Of a DNA stretch of 18,135 bases, positions 7,866 to 16,158 are shown piece after piece. Both the position numbers and the translations under genes were made by a program. The stretch comes from Candidatus Bathyarchaeia archaeon (GTDB lineage: Archaea; Thermoproteota; Bathyarchaeia; Bathyarchaeales; Bathycorpusculaceae): positions 1 through 18,135 of the forward strand of contig JBEKTQ010000033.1 in assembly GCA_049515895.1 (NCBI GenBank), given 5' to 3'. How positions within the stretch are numbered: position 1 is the first letter of the stretch; each line of letters starts with the position of its first letter. The notes beneath the pieces were generated by a model that was given only the letters and a program-made list of their open reading frames with translations, was not told where the DNA came from and did no database searches.

Positions 7866-9334
7866 TGACCAAAATGTACCTCCTCACAAAAGAAGAAGAC
7901 GATCTGGCGATAGTATTCGCCCCAGAAGAAAGCCTTAGAATAGGGGACAACCTCGACATAGACGGAGTAATAGCTCAAGTCATAGACATAAGATTCGCTG
8001 ACCTACCCGGTGTCCTCGAACACATCCTAAGAAAATCTCTCATCGCAAAAACTGAGACCCAAGAACATATACAACCTGAAGTCAAAAGCGTCATCGACTC
8101 ACTATCAGACCAAAAACTTGCCTTAGCAAAAATTAGAGGTCGACTAGTCGAAGTTGATGACGGCAACGGCAACAAAAAGAAAGTGTTCAAAACTGGACTA
8201 AGCGAATTCAACATCAGCCGAGCTAAAGCCAAAATCAAAATCCTAAACCAAGAAGAACTCTTCAATGCGTTGGGCCTATGCTTCCCAACTCCATGCGACT
8301 TCGCAAAAACACTCTCAACCGACCCAAAACCATTCGACATACTAGCCGAAAGACTAGGCATCAACCTAATTACCGGTATGAAAGGCTCAGGAAAATCCTA
8401 CGCGGCGAAAAGGCTCCTGCTCAAACTAATTGAAAGAAAAGTCTTAACAATAGTTTTCGACATAAACGGCGAATACCTAAACCTGTGGAAAGCAAATGAT
8501 GGCTCTCAAAACAGGTACGGAGACCACTTCAACGTCTTCACGCCCCGCCTCCAAAGAGCAAGGATTCATGAACTTCCGTTTCTTATCCCGCTCTCCGAAA
8601 TATCATACGACGACTTCGCTGCATTCATAAGTATAACTCAGGGAACCCCAACATACCAAGCTTTGATGCAGTTCTGGCGAGATCGAGGTCGAACCCAATT
8701 TGACCTGCACGATTTTGAACAATGGGTAAACAATCAGCAAAACTTGAACGACGCCGTTGTAGCAGCCTTGTTGGGAAGAATTCAAGCGGCCGTGGCTCTT
8801 GGATTATTCGGTCCAAGCAACTTGGCAAACACTATTGTAGAAATGCACAGAACAGGCGGAGTAATGATCATAAATCTCGCACAGGTAGGTCAATGGGAGA
8901 GAGGCATAATCGTCGATTTCGTACTCCGTAAACTCGCGCAACTCAGCCTAGCAGGAGAAATAAGAGCAGTCTCACTGTTCCTTGAAGAAGCGCAACTTTA
9001 TGTTGACCAACAAAAAATGATAAACATACTTACAAGAATGAGGCACCTGGGAATATTTCCGACATTCATAACTAACGACCCCCGCACCTTACCAGACGAA
9101 GTATACACACTCTTGGATAATCTTGTAGCCTTCATGTTCAAAAATGAAGATGAACTCAAACAACTAGCGAAATCCGGATTTATAGATACAAAATCAATTT
9201 ATGCACTTAAACATCTGGAAAACAAACAATGTATTGTTGTTGGAAATGTGACATCAAATTTCCCAGTCTTCGTCGAAGTGAACCCACAAGCAGGTGTTGT
9301 AATGGGAGGAGAAACTAGAAAACTAGTCAGCTAA
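7865..9334 (+). CDS. herA: HerA-family (FtsK/HerA) ATPase/DNA translocase
   Basis: N-terminal beta-rich HAS-barrel-like region, Walker A ITGMKGSGKS, FDINGEY, Walker B LFLEEAQ and Arg-finger region TRMRHLG. The GTG start overlaps the nurA TAG by 1 nt (alternative ATG at 7874). Confidence 0.9.
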   Translation: MTKMYLLTKEEDDLAIVFAPEESLRIGDNLDIDGVIAQVIDIRFADLPGVLEHILRKSLIAKTETQEHIQPEVKSVIDSLSDQKLALAKIRGRLVEVDDGNGNKKKVFKTGLSEFNISRAKAKIKILNQEELFNALGLCFPTPCDFAKTLSTDPKPFDILAERLGINLITGMKGSGKSYAAKRLLLKLIERKVLTIVFDINGEYLNLWKANDGSQNRYGDHFNVFTPRLQRARIHELPFLIPLSEISYDDFAAFISITQGTPTYQALMQFWRDRGRTQFDLHDFEQWVNNQQNLNDAVVAALLGRIQAAVALGLFGPSNLANTIVEMHRTGGVMIINLAQVGQWERGIIVDFVLRKLAQLSLAGEIRAVSLFLEEAQLYVDQQKMINILTRMRHLGIFPTFITNDPRTLPDEVYTLLDNLVAFMFKNEDELKQLAKSGFIDTKSIYALKHLENKQCIVVGNVTSNFPVFVEVNPQAGVVMGGETRKLVS

Positions 9335-9375
9335 TAATCACCTAAGTAAACTCTTTAATTAATGGAGAAAAAACT

Positions 9376-9702
9376 ATGACCTCAGAGGAATTTGATAACT
9401 TCTGGCAGGAGCTCACAAGAAGGCTTTACCATAAAAAAACCGCGATCAAAAATTGGACGGTATTTCACCAAGTTACTGGCGAAGACTTTGAAGCCGAATA
9501 CGAAGGAGGCGCTTACATCCTAGTGTACCCTCAGCCGCCAGCTAAGACCCAAAGAATACCTAAAGTTGACTTTAAGGTGATTTTTGAAAACTGGGATCAA
9601 TACCTTTCTGGTGAGATAAAGAGATCCGAATTTGCACATGGACCAATTGCTCAAAGCCGATTTACTAAATACACCATAAGCATAATTCATGGCTCAATTT
9701 AA
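9376..9702 (+). CDS. Hypothetical protein (108 aa)
   Basis: ATG preceded by GGAG at 9364-9367, 41 nt after herA. Globular, aromatic-rich composition; no family recognised with confidence. Confidence 0.7.
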   Translation: MTSEEFDNFWQELTRRLYHKKTAIKNWTVFHQVTGEDFEAEYEGGAYILVYPQPPAKTQRIPKVDFKVIFENWDQYLSGEIKRSEFAHGPIAQSRFTKYTISIIHGSI

Positions 9703-9976
9703 TGAAAGTGGGATAGTCATGCAAGAACTTCAGGGCAAGTTAGCATCATTCGGCTTTCGGCAGAATCGAAAAAATAACTGGAGTAATGGCCACAGCAAAG
9801 TTCAAATTGTTACTTCTTCGGAATTTAGTCAAAATGCTGTAAGGGTTTCATGGAAAGAAGAATGGAAAGAATATTTAGCAATTATTTTTGATTACTCCAC
9901 AGCTCAAGGCCCAGTATGCATTGTACCGACGACGCTATTTTTTACATCACAGTTTGTTAGCAAAAACGCCAGATGA
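9689..9976 (+). CDS. Hypothetical protein, possibly the N-terminal part of a frameshifted fusion with 9973-10725
   Basis: 95-aa ORF overlapping both neighbours; ends just after an A5 run (9962-9966). Confidence 0.55.
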   Translation: MAQFNESGIVMQELQGKLASFGFRQNRKNNWSNGHSKVQIVTSSEFSQNAVRVSWKEEWKEYLAIIFDYSTAQGPVCIVPTTLFFTSQFVSKNAR

Positions 9977-10725
9977 TTTCTTATGTCAATAGCGGCTATT
10001 CATGGTCTCAGCATTTCAAAATTAATGAAGAACTGCCACAATTGATCCTCAAATTTGAAAATAACTGGGATTTTTTAGGGTCAAGCAGAAAGTTTGCAGT
10101 CGCGGAGGCGAAAGCTCAAACAGCACAGGTTAGAAGCCCAGCAATGAATATTGACACAAGCACAACAAAATCAAAAGAAGATGGCATAGTTTTCACGGAA
10201 ACGCCAGTTTGGCAGGTGGTTAAGACGCAGCCGAAAGGGTTGAGCAAAATTGATAACCCGAAGGTACGAATCTCTAATCCCTTCTTAGGAATCGCAGTGT
10301 ACAGCTTGATGGATGCATTAGAATTCTTCCAAAAAGAAGATAAACGACACCGTTTAGGCATTATAATAATGGCAGATCTTTCAGTAGAATATACACTCAA
10401 AGCTAAACTTTACCAACTCAAACCTGCAAAATATATAGAGAGTCAACAAGAGAGACTGGATTATGGCGAAGCAATGAAACAACTTGAAGAAAACAAAGTG
10501 GCAATTTCAAACGACGAAAAAATATACCTCGCTAAAGTTCATGGCGTACGAAATTTCGCCCAACACCGAGGAGCAATACCAGACTCTCTCTCAACTTGCG
10601 AGTATCTAAAATGGGTCTGCAGGTTCGTCGAGCGATTTGTTAAGGATAATTTCTCCTTGGACATTAAGCAAGTAGTATCCATAGACCTGAAAGAAACGCT
10701 ACTACAACTTTTGCGTGATCAGTAG
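9973..10725 (+). CDS. HEPN-domain protein (predicted RNase)
   Basis: Helical C-terminal domain with DLSVEYTLKAKL (conserved N-terminal helix Glu) and the RxxxxH motif RNFAQH (10549-10566), after a low-complexity linker. Confidence 0.75.
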   Translation: MISYVNSGYSWSQHFKINEELPQLILKFENNWDFLGSSRKFAVAEAKAQTAQVRSPAMNIDTSTTKSKEDGIVFTETPVWQVVKTQPKGLSKIDNPKVRISNPFLGIAVYSLMDALEFFQKEDKRHRLGIIIMADLSVEYTLKAKLYQLKPAKYIESQQERLDYGEAMKQLEENKVAISNDEKIYLAKVHGVRNFAQHRGAIPDSLSTCEYLKWVCRFVERFVKDNFSLDIKQVVSIDLKETLLQLLRDQ

Positions 10726-10867
10726 GAATATTCGCTCACACCTTTTGTTAACTTCACCATTTCTTATCCATCCAAGAACCTTGGGCTCTTGCGTGTGATT
10801 GCCTACGAGATGGCTAATATTTTTTGAATAGCAAGCACTTAAATTTAGAATAACAGAACTTGTAAGC

Positions 10868-11740
10868 ATGCATTCGGAAGACAATGAAATCCAAGAATTC
10901 TTAATTAGACAAATCAAAGAAACTGGAATCCCCCTTGAGATTAAAACTTCTTTAGATTTGTCCCAAAAATGGGATCACATTACAAATCAAGATACCTATG
11001 TTGACTCAGAAACTAACAAGTTAAGAGAAATTGACATAAGCGCTTACAGTTCACAGATTCCTGCACAAGACATCGAATTCGAACCAAATTTTGTTATCGA
11101 ATGCAAAAAATCTGAAAAATACGCTTGGGTTTTCTTTACCCAACCTAAGCCCTCTGATTTTGACATCAATGAATTTGCCGGGCAATTTTTGGATGATTTG
11201 CAAATGGCTACGAAGGACGTTTATAGATCCGAAATACGCGATATCGTATTCAAGAATATCAAACTTCATTACGACGAGCAACGAAAATGCGCGGTCACTT
11301 TTCAAGACTTCAAAATTGGTGAAGTAAAAAGCCAATTCAGGGAGCAGCAAAATGAAATTAACGAAGCGCGTCAACAACTGAAGGGATATATCGCTTGGGC
11401 GATGCGGCAGGACGTTGATTTTTGGAAGCCGATAACTCCTTATTCAATTGAGATGTATTTTCCCTGCATTGTTTTCAAGGGAAGATTATATGAGGGAGTG
11501 GTGAAAGGGGATGACGTTTCTTTGGTGGAAGCAAAACACTTGGTTTTCTCAACTCTCTACAAATCCAATTATTCACCGTACGAGAGAAATATGCTAATAG
11601 ACGTTGTTCGTGAAGATTTTTTTGAAAGTTATCAAGAATTAATTATGCAAGATGTCAGAAAAATCGCAAAAAATATAGAGATTAATGCGGACCTTATTAG
11701 AAATACAATTAAGAAAATGACTTCTCAAGTTAAGACATGA
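10868..11740 (+). CDS. PD-(D/E)xK restriction-endonuclease-fold protein
   Basis: TGIPLE (helix Glu)...YVD...REIDISA (catalytic Asp)...VIECKKS (ExK)...WVFF. A TATA-like CTTAAAT at 10838-10844 suggests its own leaderless transcript. Confidence 0.8.
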   Translation: MHSEDNEIQEFLIRQIKETGIPLEIKTSLDLSQKWDHITNQDTYVDSETNKLREIDISAYSSQIPAQDIEFEPNFVIECKKSEKYAWVFFTQPKPSDFDINEFAGQFLDDLQMATKDVYRSEIRDIVFKNIKLHYDEQRKCAVTFQDFKIGEVKSQFREQQNEINEARQQLKGYIAWAMRQDVDFWKPITPYSIEMYFPCIVFKGRLYEGVVKGDDVSLVEAKHLVFSTLYKSNYSPYERNMLIDVVREDFFESYQELIMQDVRKIAKNIEINADLIRNTIKKMTSQVKT

Positions 11741-11814
11741 CCGAACGAACGTATGATCGAGTTTTTAAACTATCACAATTTGATTTACCAAAAATGGGCA
11801 AATCACATTAGTCC

Positions 11815-12110
11815 TTAACGGTCGTCCCAGAAGTCGTCTCCGCCGTAGTCGTATTCCAGTGTTGCTCCGGAGCTTGAATAAGTGGTGTTTCTCATGGCGC
11901 CGCATAGTTCGCAGGTGTCTGAGTCTTCGTCATTTTCGTTGCCGCAGTTAAGACACTGCCATGTTTCATTAGTCTCCGGTGCGCGCGCGGCGTTTCAACC
12001 AATTTTGGAGTGGAGACAACAGCCAGAGACGCTACCAACGTGGCTACAACCAAGTTTTCGCGACTGATGCTATGGCTACAAACAGCAAGTAGGAGCACGA
12101 AGCCAAATTA
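11815..12110 (-). pseudogene. Frameshifted small membrane protein with a C-terminal RanBP2-type zinc finger
   Basis: A frame absent from the ORF track reads APETNETWQCLNCGNENDEDSDTCELCGAMR...DYGGDDFWDDR*, an exact W-x-C-x2-C-x3-N-x6-C-x2-C match (11902-11961). It has no start and an upstream in-frame TGA. Hydrophobic segments (FGFVLLL, LLFVAIASVA, LVVATLVASLAVV) lie upstream in different frames. Confidence 0.65.
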
Positions 12111-12268
12111 AAGTAAATTTTTCACTAGGATAGGAATGCTTAGAACCACCGGTGACATCGTCAGCGCATTAGAAAGCCATCCGTCAAAGCAATAAAACTT
12201 GAGTCCCCAAACCCAAACTTTCGGAATACTAGCTCAAATAGCGCAATAATATTGGTCGACTTTGTACG

Positions 12269-12769
12269 CTAACCCGTCGTGAATTCGAAGGGTGCGGAAA
12301 TGGAAAGCCCGTCGATATTGATTTGGGCGGTCCCGTTAACCATCCAGGTTATATGTCCCCAGTTCACAATGTAGCTCTCCATCGTTTTGAATGCTACATC
12401 CCAACCGACACTTATGGGAAAAGTCAGAGTTAGGGAAGATTGAGGGGTTAGGTTATATTCCTGTGTAGTCTTTCCACTTCCTAAGTAGTGGCCGTTGGCA
12501 TAGACTGAATATTCAGCAGTGTCCAGTGTCGCCCCGAATCCGTTGGGGTTGTGGAGGACTGCTTTTAGGTTGATGTTTAGGTCGGTGCCGTTCAGGCCAG
12601 TCACGTCGATAGAGGTGGAACGGATCTGGATGCTGCCTAAAAATGGCGTTTGCGTGCTATTTTCACGAGTCGAATAGCTCACTGCCACAAGAACCAAAAA
12701 AGTGACTGCTAGAAAAACTAAAAATATTGTTACAGCAGCAATGTCGAAGTTATCTTTATCCTTTGACAA
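12269..12769 (-). CDS. LEA type 2 (WHy domain) membrane-anchored protein
   Basis: N-terminal TM helix and the NPN motif in LHNPNGFGATLDTAEYSVYANGHYLGSG; beta-rich. TATA-like CCTTTAAT about 27 nt upstream of the TTG start. Confidence 0.85.
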   Translation of the reverse strand: MSKDKDNFDIAAVTIFLVFLAVTFLVLVAVSYSTRENSTQTPFLGSIQIRSTSIDVTGLNGTDLNINLKAVLHNPNGFGATLDTAEYSVYANGHYLGSGKTTQEYNLTPQSSLTLTFPISVGWDVAFKTMESYIVNWGHITWMVNGTAQINIDGLSISAPFEFTTG

Positions 12770-12893
12770 CTAAATTTTTATGGAACAGCTCCTTGATTAA
12801 AGGATTTCTACGGGTGATGATTGTCAGGCTAGTCAAGCGATAAGAAAGGGACAAACATTTCACATGGGTAAATTCGAAAACACCAGAGCAATC

Positions 12894-15077
12894 CTATGAT
12901 TTTTTCTTTACGGCATAGGGTTTAATTTTAAGCAGGACGATTCCAAGCAGCACGACGGCAACAGGAACTGTCGTGGCAATGAGAAGAGTTGTGTTCATGT
13001 TTTCAAATGTCTGGCTTGAAGAGTTCGATGGGTTACTCATTGGGTTAGCTGAACCGTGCGGCTGGATGTAGGCGGCTGCATCTGTTGCGCCGCTGGTGAT
13101 TATTCTGGTGTTGTAGGTTCCCAGGTACGCCAAGTGCTCGGCGTCATATGGGTAAGTCTCGTTTGACGGGTAAGGAAAACTAGTCATAGCCTGAAAAGGC
13201 AACGGATCCACCGTGTATGGCGTGTAGGGTAATCCAGGTTCTTTGAACCAGCAGTTGGAGACGACGAAGTAGTCTCTTACCCAGCCTTGGGGGACAGGAG
13301 GCAAGTTCGCTGGGAACTGCATTGAAACGTAGTCGCCTTCTCGGCCTATCACGAATTCGTCGTCAGCTGATTGAAGCAGCGCGGTAACGTCGCCGTACTT
13401 TGTGAAGCCTCCAGTGGACGTTGCGTTCGGAATAAATGCCTGTTCCAAGTAAGCGGATGATGGTGTGATGGTGTGAACAATAATGTCTTGCTGAGTGGCC
13501 GTGCTTATGCCTGTGTAATCGAACTGAATATCTTGGTAGTAGTTTATTCTTAATTCGAAATCGTTAGTTGGAAACAGACCGGTCAAGTTAACTACAAATA
13601 GCTGGTCCGTCGTAGCAGGAATAGGAAACTCTCGGTCGTCGGGAACATTGACCCAGCTTCCATTTGCAGCTTTCACTTGCATATACGGCGGCGGCGAAGG
13701 CATAACTCCTGGTTTGTCAGCGTAACTCATGAAGTTCTCGCCGCCAGCTTGGGTAGTTGGCCAGTAGGTCTGAGCGGCAACGACAAGGTCGATGTTTTTT
13801 GCCCCGCTTAAGTTGCCAAGGTTAAGTGTAATGTTGTTCCACTGCCATCGGGTAGCGGTTGTGAAGTTTCCATCCAGCTTAGAGATCAGCGGCAGAACAT
13901 TTTGCCCTGCCCCGTTTACGGCGGAAACGGGTGCAGCCAAGTCTTTGCTCACCGTGTAGATGGTGCCTTGACCAACAAGGTTGTAGACGAAAGCGCTTTT
14001 AGTTGAGAAAACATCTGTGTCGGCTGGGTGGTCTACAGCCATCATTTCTACCGAATCCAAGTAGAAGATTTCATGGTTGTTTTCTTCGATTTTCATGTTG
14101 TAGTATCCATTAAGAGGCTGAGTTTCCGTTGAATCTAATTTTATGTAGTCGTACGGATAATTGTATGAGAAAACCATTTGGCCGTTGGAGGTGAAATACT
14201 CCAAGTATCCAAGCCAGCCGGTGCCGTCGGAAACGTCAGCGACATAGTTGTAAGTTGTTCCGTTCCACACGTAGAGGTAAGGACAAGACTGGCCGTTTGC
14301 TCCTTTGAAATCAGCCGTAAGCGTCGTTGGAGCAGTCACGGTCACTGTTATTGTGAGGTTCGTGTTACCGTTTTGCCAGCTTACAAATTGGTATGCGCCC
14401 ATCGATGCTGGCATAGTAACAGTGTGGGTGGTTCCAACATTTACAAGTTCGGTGAACGGTGTCGTCTCACTAAGACCATCAATAGTGAATTGTACACCCG
14501 AATAAGCCGTACCGACAGAGAGAGTGAACTCACCAGTCGGAACAACGGCGAAGGACCCTGTTAGGGTAGAACCTGTGGACGTGGCTAATACAACTCCATA
14601 TGTTCCGGTGCTTGATTCGTTTTCTGTGAAGCTCACCGTTGCAGAAGCACCATTTGCAGTCTGGACGTTTTGCGTACTCTGAACCTGCCCGTTTATTTTC
14701 AGACCCACCGATGTGGATCCGCTTATTCCGTTGTTGGTTACTTGGGCTGAAATAGTGATGGAGGCGCCGGGCCAAACCTCGCTTGGGTTGATGGCTAAGT
14801 TACTCAGCGTGTATCCCGTTACCGGAGTCGGAGTTGATGCGGGGGCTACACTTGCTGTTGGACTTGGCGCTGAAGACATGGTTGTGGTCGGAGAGGGGGT
14901 TGGAAACAAGGTTGCAGAAGAGGTTGGAGCAAGCGGAGTCGGAGTTGATGAAGGGGCTGCTTCCTGAGATGAAGTGGCCGAGGCGCGGCTTTGGAGGTAA
15001 TAGTAATACCCACCTAAAGACGCAGCGATTAAAATGACTATTAGAAGACTGACTTTCAACTTGTTGCGCAGCGGCAT
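12894..15077 (-). CDS. Large cell-surface protein: signal anchor, S/T/P linker, CARDB/Ig-like domains, SCPxLYxWNG domain, C-terminal TM
   Basis: Basic N-terminus with a hydrophobic helix, then an S/T/P-rich stalk. LSNLAINPSEV...ITISAQVTNNG is CARDB-like. SCPYLYVWNG at 14259-14288. Many NxS/T sequons. C-terminal TM helix followed by a KKKS tail. Confidence 0.85.
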   Translation of the reverse strand: MPLRNKLKVSLLIVILIAASLGGYYYYLQSRASATSSQEAAPSSTPTPLAPTSSATLFPTPSPTTTMSSAPSPTASVAPASTPTPVTGYTLSNLAINPSEVWPGASITISAQVTNNGISGSTSVGLKINGQVQSTQNVQTANGASATVSFTENESSTGTYGVVLATSTGSTLTGSFAVVPTGEFTLSVGTAYSGVQFTIDGLSETTPFTELVNVGTTHTVTMPASMGAYQFVSWQNGNTNLTITVTVTAPTTLTADFKGANGQSCPYLYVWNGTTYNYVADVSDGTGWLGYLEYFTSNGQMVFSYNYPYDYIKLDSTETQPLNGYYNMKIEENNHEIFYLDSVEMMAVDHPADTDVFSTKSAFVYNLVGQGTIYTVSKDLAAPVSAVNGAGQNVLPLISKLDGNFTTATRWQWNNITLNLGNLSGAKNIDLVVAAQTYWPTTQAGGENFMSYADKPGVMPSPPPYMQVKAANGSWVNVPDDREFPIPATTDQLFVVNLTGLFPTNDFELRINYYQDIQFDYTGISTATQQDIIVHTITPSSAYLEQAFIPNATSTGGFTKYGDVTALLQSADDEFVIGREGDYVSMQFPANLPPVPQGWVRDYFVVSNCWFKEPGLPYTPYTVDPLPFQAMTSFPYPSNETYPYDAEHLAYLGTYNTRIITSGATDAAAYIQPHGSANPMSNPSNSSSQTFENMNTTLLIATTVPVAVVLLGIVLLKIKPYAVKKKS
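14823..14950. repeat. 17-nt direct repeat within the S/T/P linker coding region
   Basis: CGGAGTCGGAGTTGATG at 14823-14839 and 14934-14950; both copies encode STPTP on the minus strand. Confidence 0.8.
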
Positions 15078-15085
15078 TGCTTTTC

Positions 15086-15172
15086 CTTCTAAGGTTTAGA
15101 AGCGCGTTTACTTGATTGATGTGTGGGCTGACTTAAGTCTTTTGCAAAAGCGTGTAAGACTGCTTTTCTTAC
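15086..15172 (-). promoter_or_regulatory. Promoter of the surface-protein gene with clustered palindromes
   Basis: The minus strand reads GCAAAAGACTTAAGT (BRE/TATA-like). Palindromes GACTTAAGTC (15130-15139) and CTTTTGCAAAAG (15139-15150); inverted repeats CTTCTAA-ggt-TTAGAAG (15086-15102) and GTAAGA-N7-TCTTAC (15154-15172). Confidence 0.5.
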
Positions 15173-15380
15173 GAAACAGACGTCGCGCTGAAGGTCAATT
15201 GGCTAATCTTGCGTTTGAACGATCCCTCGCAGCCCGTCACCATTCTCTTAAAGATTTTTTGTGAATTCAGATGGCTCTATTCTGATTAAGCCCCCGATTT
15301 TATCATATGTATGTTTGGTGCTCAGAATTGTTTGTCCCAGGATGTCGCGGCTCATGGTTGAGGGCTTGGCGATTGTTGGG

Positions 15381-15566
15381 TCATTTAATCATGATGGTGT
15401 TTTCCAACTCTTTAAAATGAGGGTCGCCCGTGATTATCTTGGCTTTTAACTTATTTGCGGTAGCCAGTATGAAGGCGTCTGTGATGCCGAAGTCTTTTCT
15501 TGTTTGGCGCATTTTAGAGTGGAGAAGACCGGCTTGTTTAGAGATTTGTTCGTCAATTTTGATGAC
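15381..15566 (-). pseudogene. vapC: VapC/PIN toxin C-terminal remnant
   Basis: Reads VIKIDEQISKQAGLLHSKMRQTRKDFGITDAFILATANKLKAKIITGDPHFK, a typical PIN C-terminus. Preceded by an in-frame TAA (15567-15569). Removing one A after FK restores ...FKELENTIMIK*. Confidence 0.85.
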
Positions 15567-15640
15567 TTAAGCGTTGCTTAGGAGCATGTCGTATGCTGCT
15601 TCGACATCTCTGCCGTCTCTTGAGGTCTTGCGCGCGCTAG

Positions 15641-15889
15641 CGCTTTAGGAATCGCTCGGGCAAAAGAAAAAAGCGCGTGGATGACCAGATGGAGGCTGAT
15701 GAGAAATATCGGGAGTGGCTTGAGAAGAATAAGCAGAAGCCAACTGAATCCGCGAGTGCTGGGGGCGAAGAGGGGCAGGAAAAAAACTCGGATCAAAGCG
15801 TTTACTAACCGGACAACCCCGAAGCCACCCAAGAGGACGACATGGAAGAGGACCTGGCCTTACTTGATGACGAAGACGACATGTGGTGA
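15641..15889 (+). pseudogene. Remnant of a small protein with a basic patch and acidic tail, interrupted by an in-frame stop
   Basis: Frame +2 reads RFRNRSGKRKKRVDDQMEADEKYREWLEKNKQKP...SVY*(15806-15808)PDNPEATQEDDMEEDLALLDDEDDMW*. Composition looks coding on both sides of the stop. Confidence 0.45.
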
Positions 15890-16158
15890 GACCGCTAAAT
15901 TACAAGTTTAAGGAAGAGGCGAGGCAACGTCCGCGTTACAACAGCATGCGACGCCCGATAAAATTTTTCAAATCGAACCTTTTTGCTCCGCAGTCTGCAA
16001 GAGGAAACAGTTATTGTATATTAAACTGATTAAGATAATGCTGCGTCTGAGCAATGAGAAGTTGTTTGATAGTTACAAGGTAGTCAAACAGATGAACCTG
16101 ACCTGTCAACGAAAAACAGAAAAATATGTATTCCTTACACATCATCTGGTTGGACAGA

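Noticed and set aside
3541-8931. Numerous 60-130 aa antisense or alternate-frame ORFs inside the mre11-herA operon (and similar ones within 1-2830 and 14178-15037)
   Set aside because: Shadow ORFs caused by codon bias of the real genes; no motifs or ribosome-binding sites.
7865-9334. HerA as CedB/VirB4 of a DNA import or conjugation system
   Set aside because: No N-terminal TM segment and no adjacent multi-pass channel genes; it is coupled to NurA.
14823-14950. Direct repeats as a CRISPR array
   Set aside because: Only two 17-nt copies, in frame within a Ser/Thr/Pro linker, and no cas genes.
15211-15242. Possible tRNA 3' end or att site (…gatccctcgcagcccgtcacca)
   Set aside because: It ends in ACCA but has no proper GTTCRAATC T-arm or acceptor stem, no second copy in the window and no integrase.
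15578-15911. ORF-track calls 15578-15832 (-) and 15681-15911 (+)
   Set aside because: They appear to be alternative frames of the acidic-tail remnant in frame +2 and have no recognisable features.
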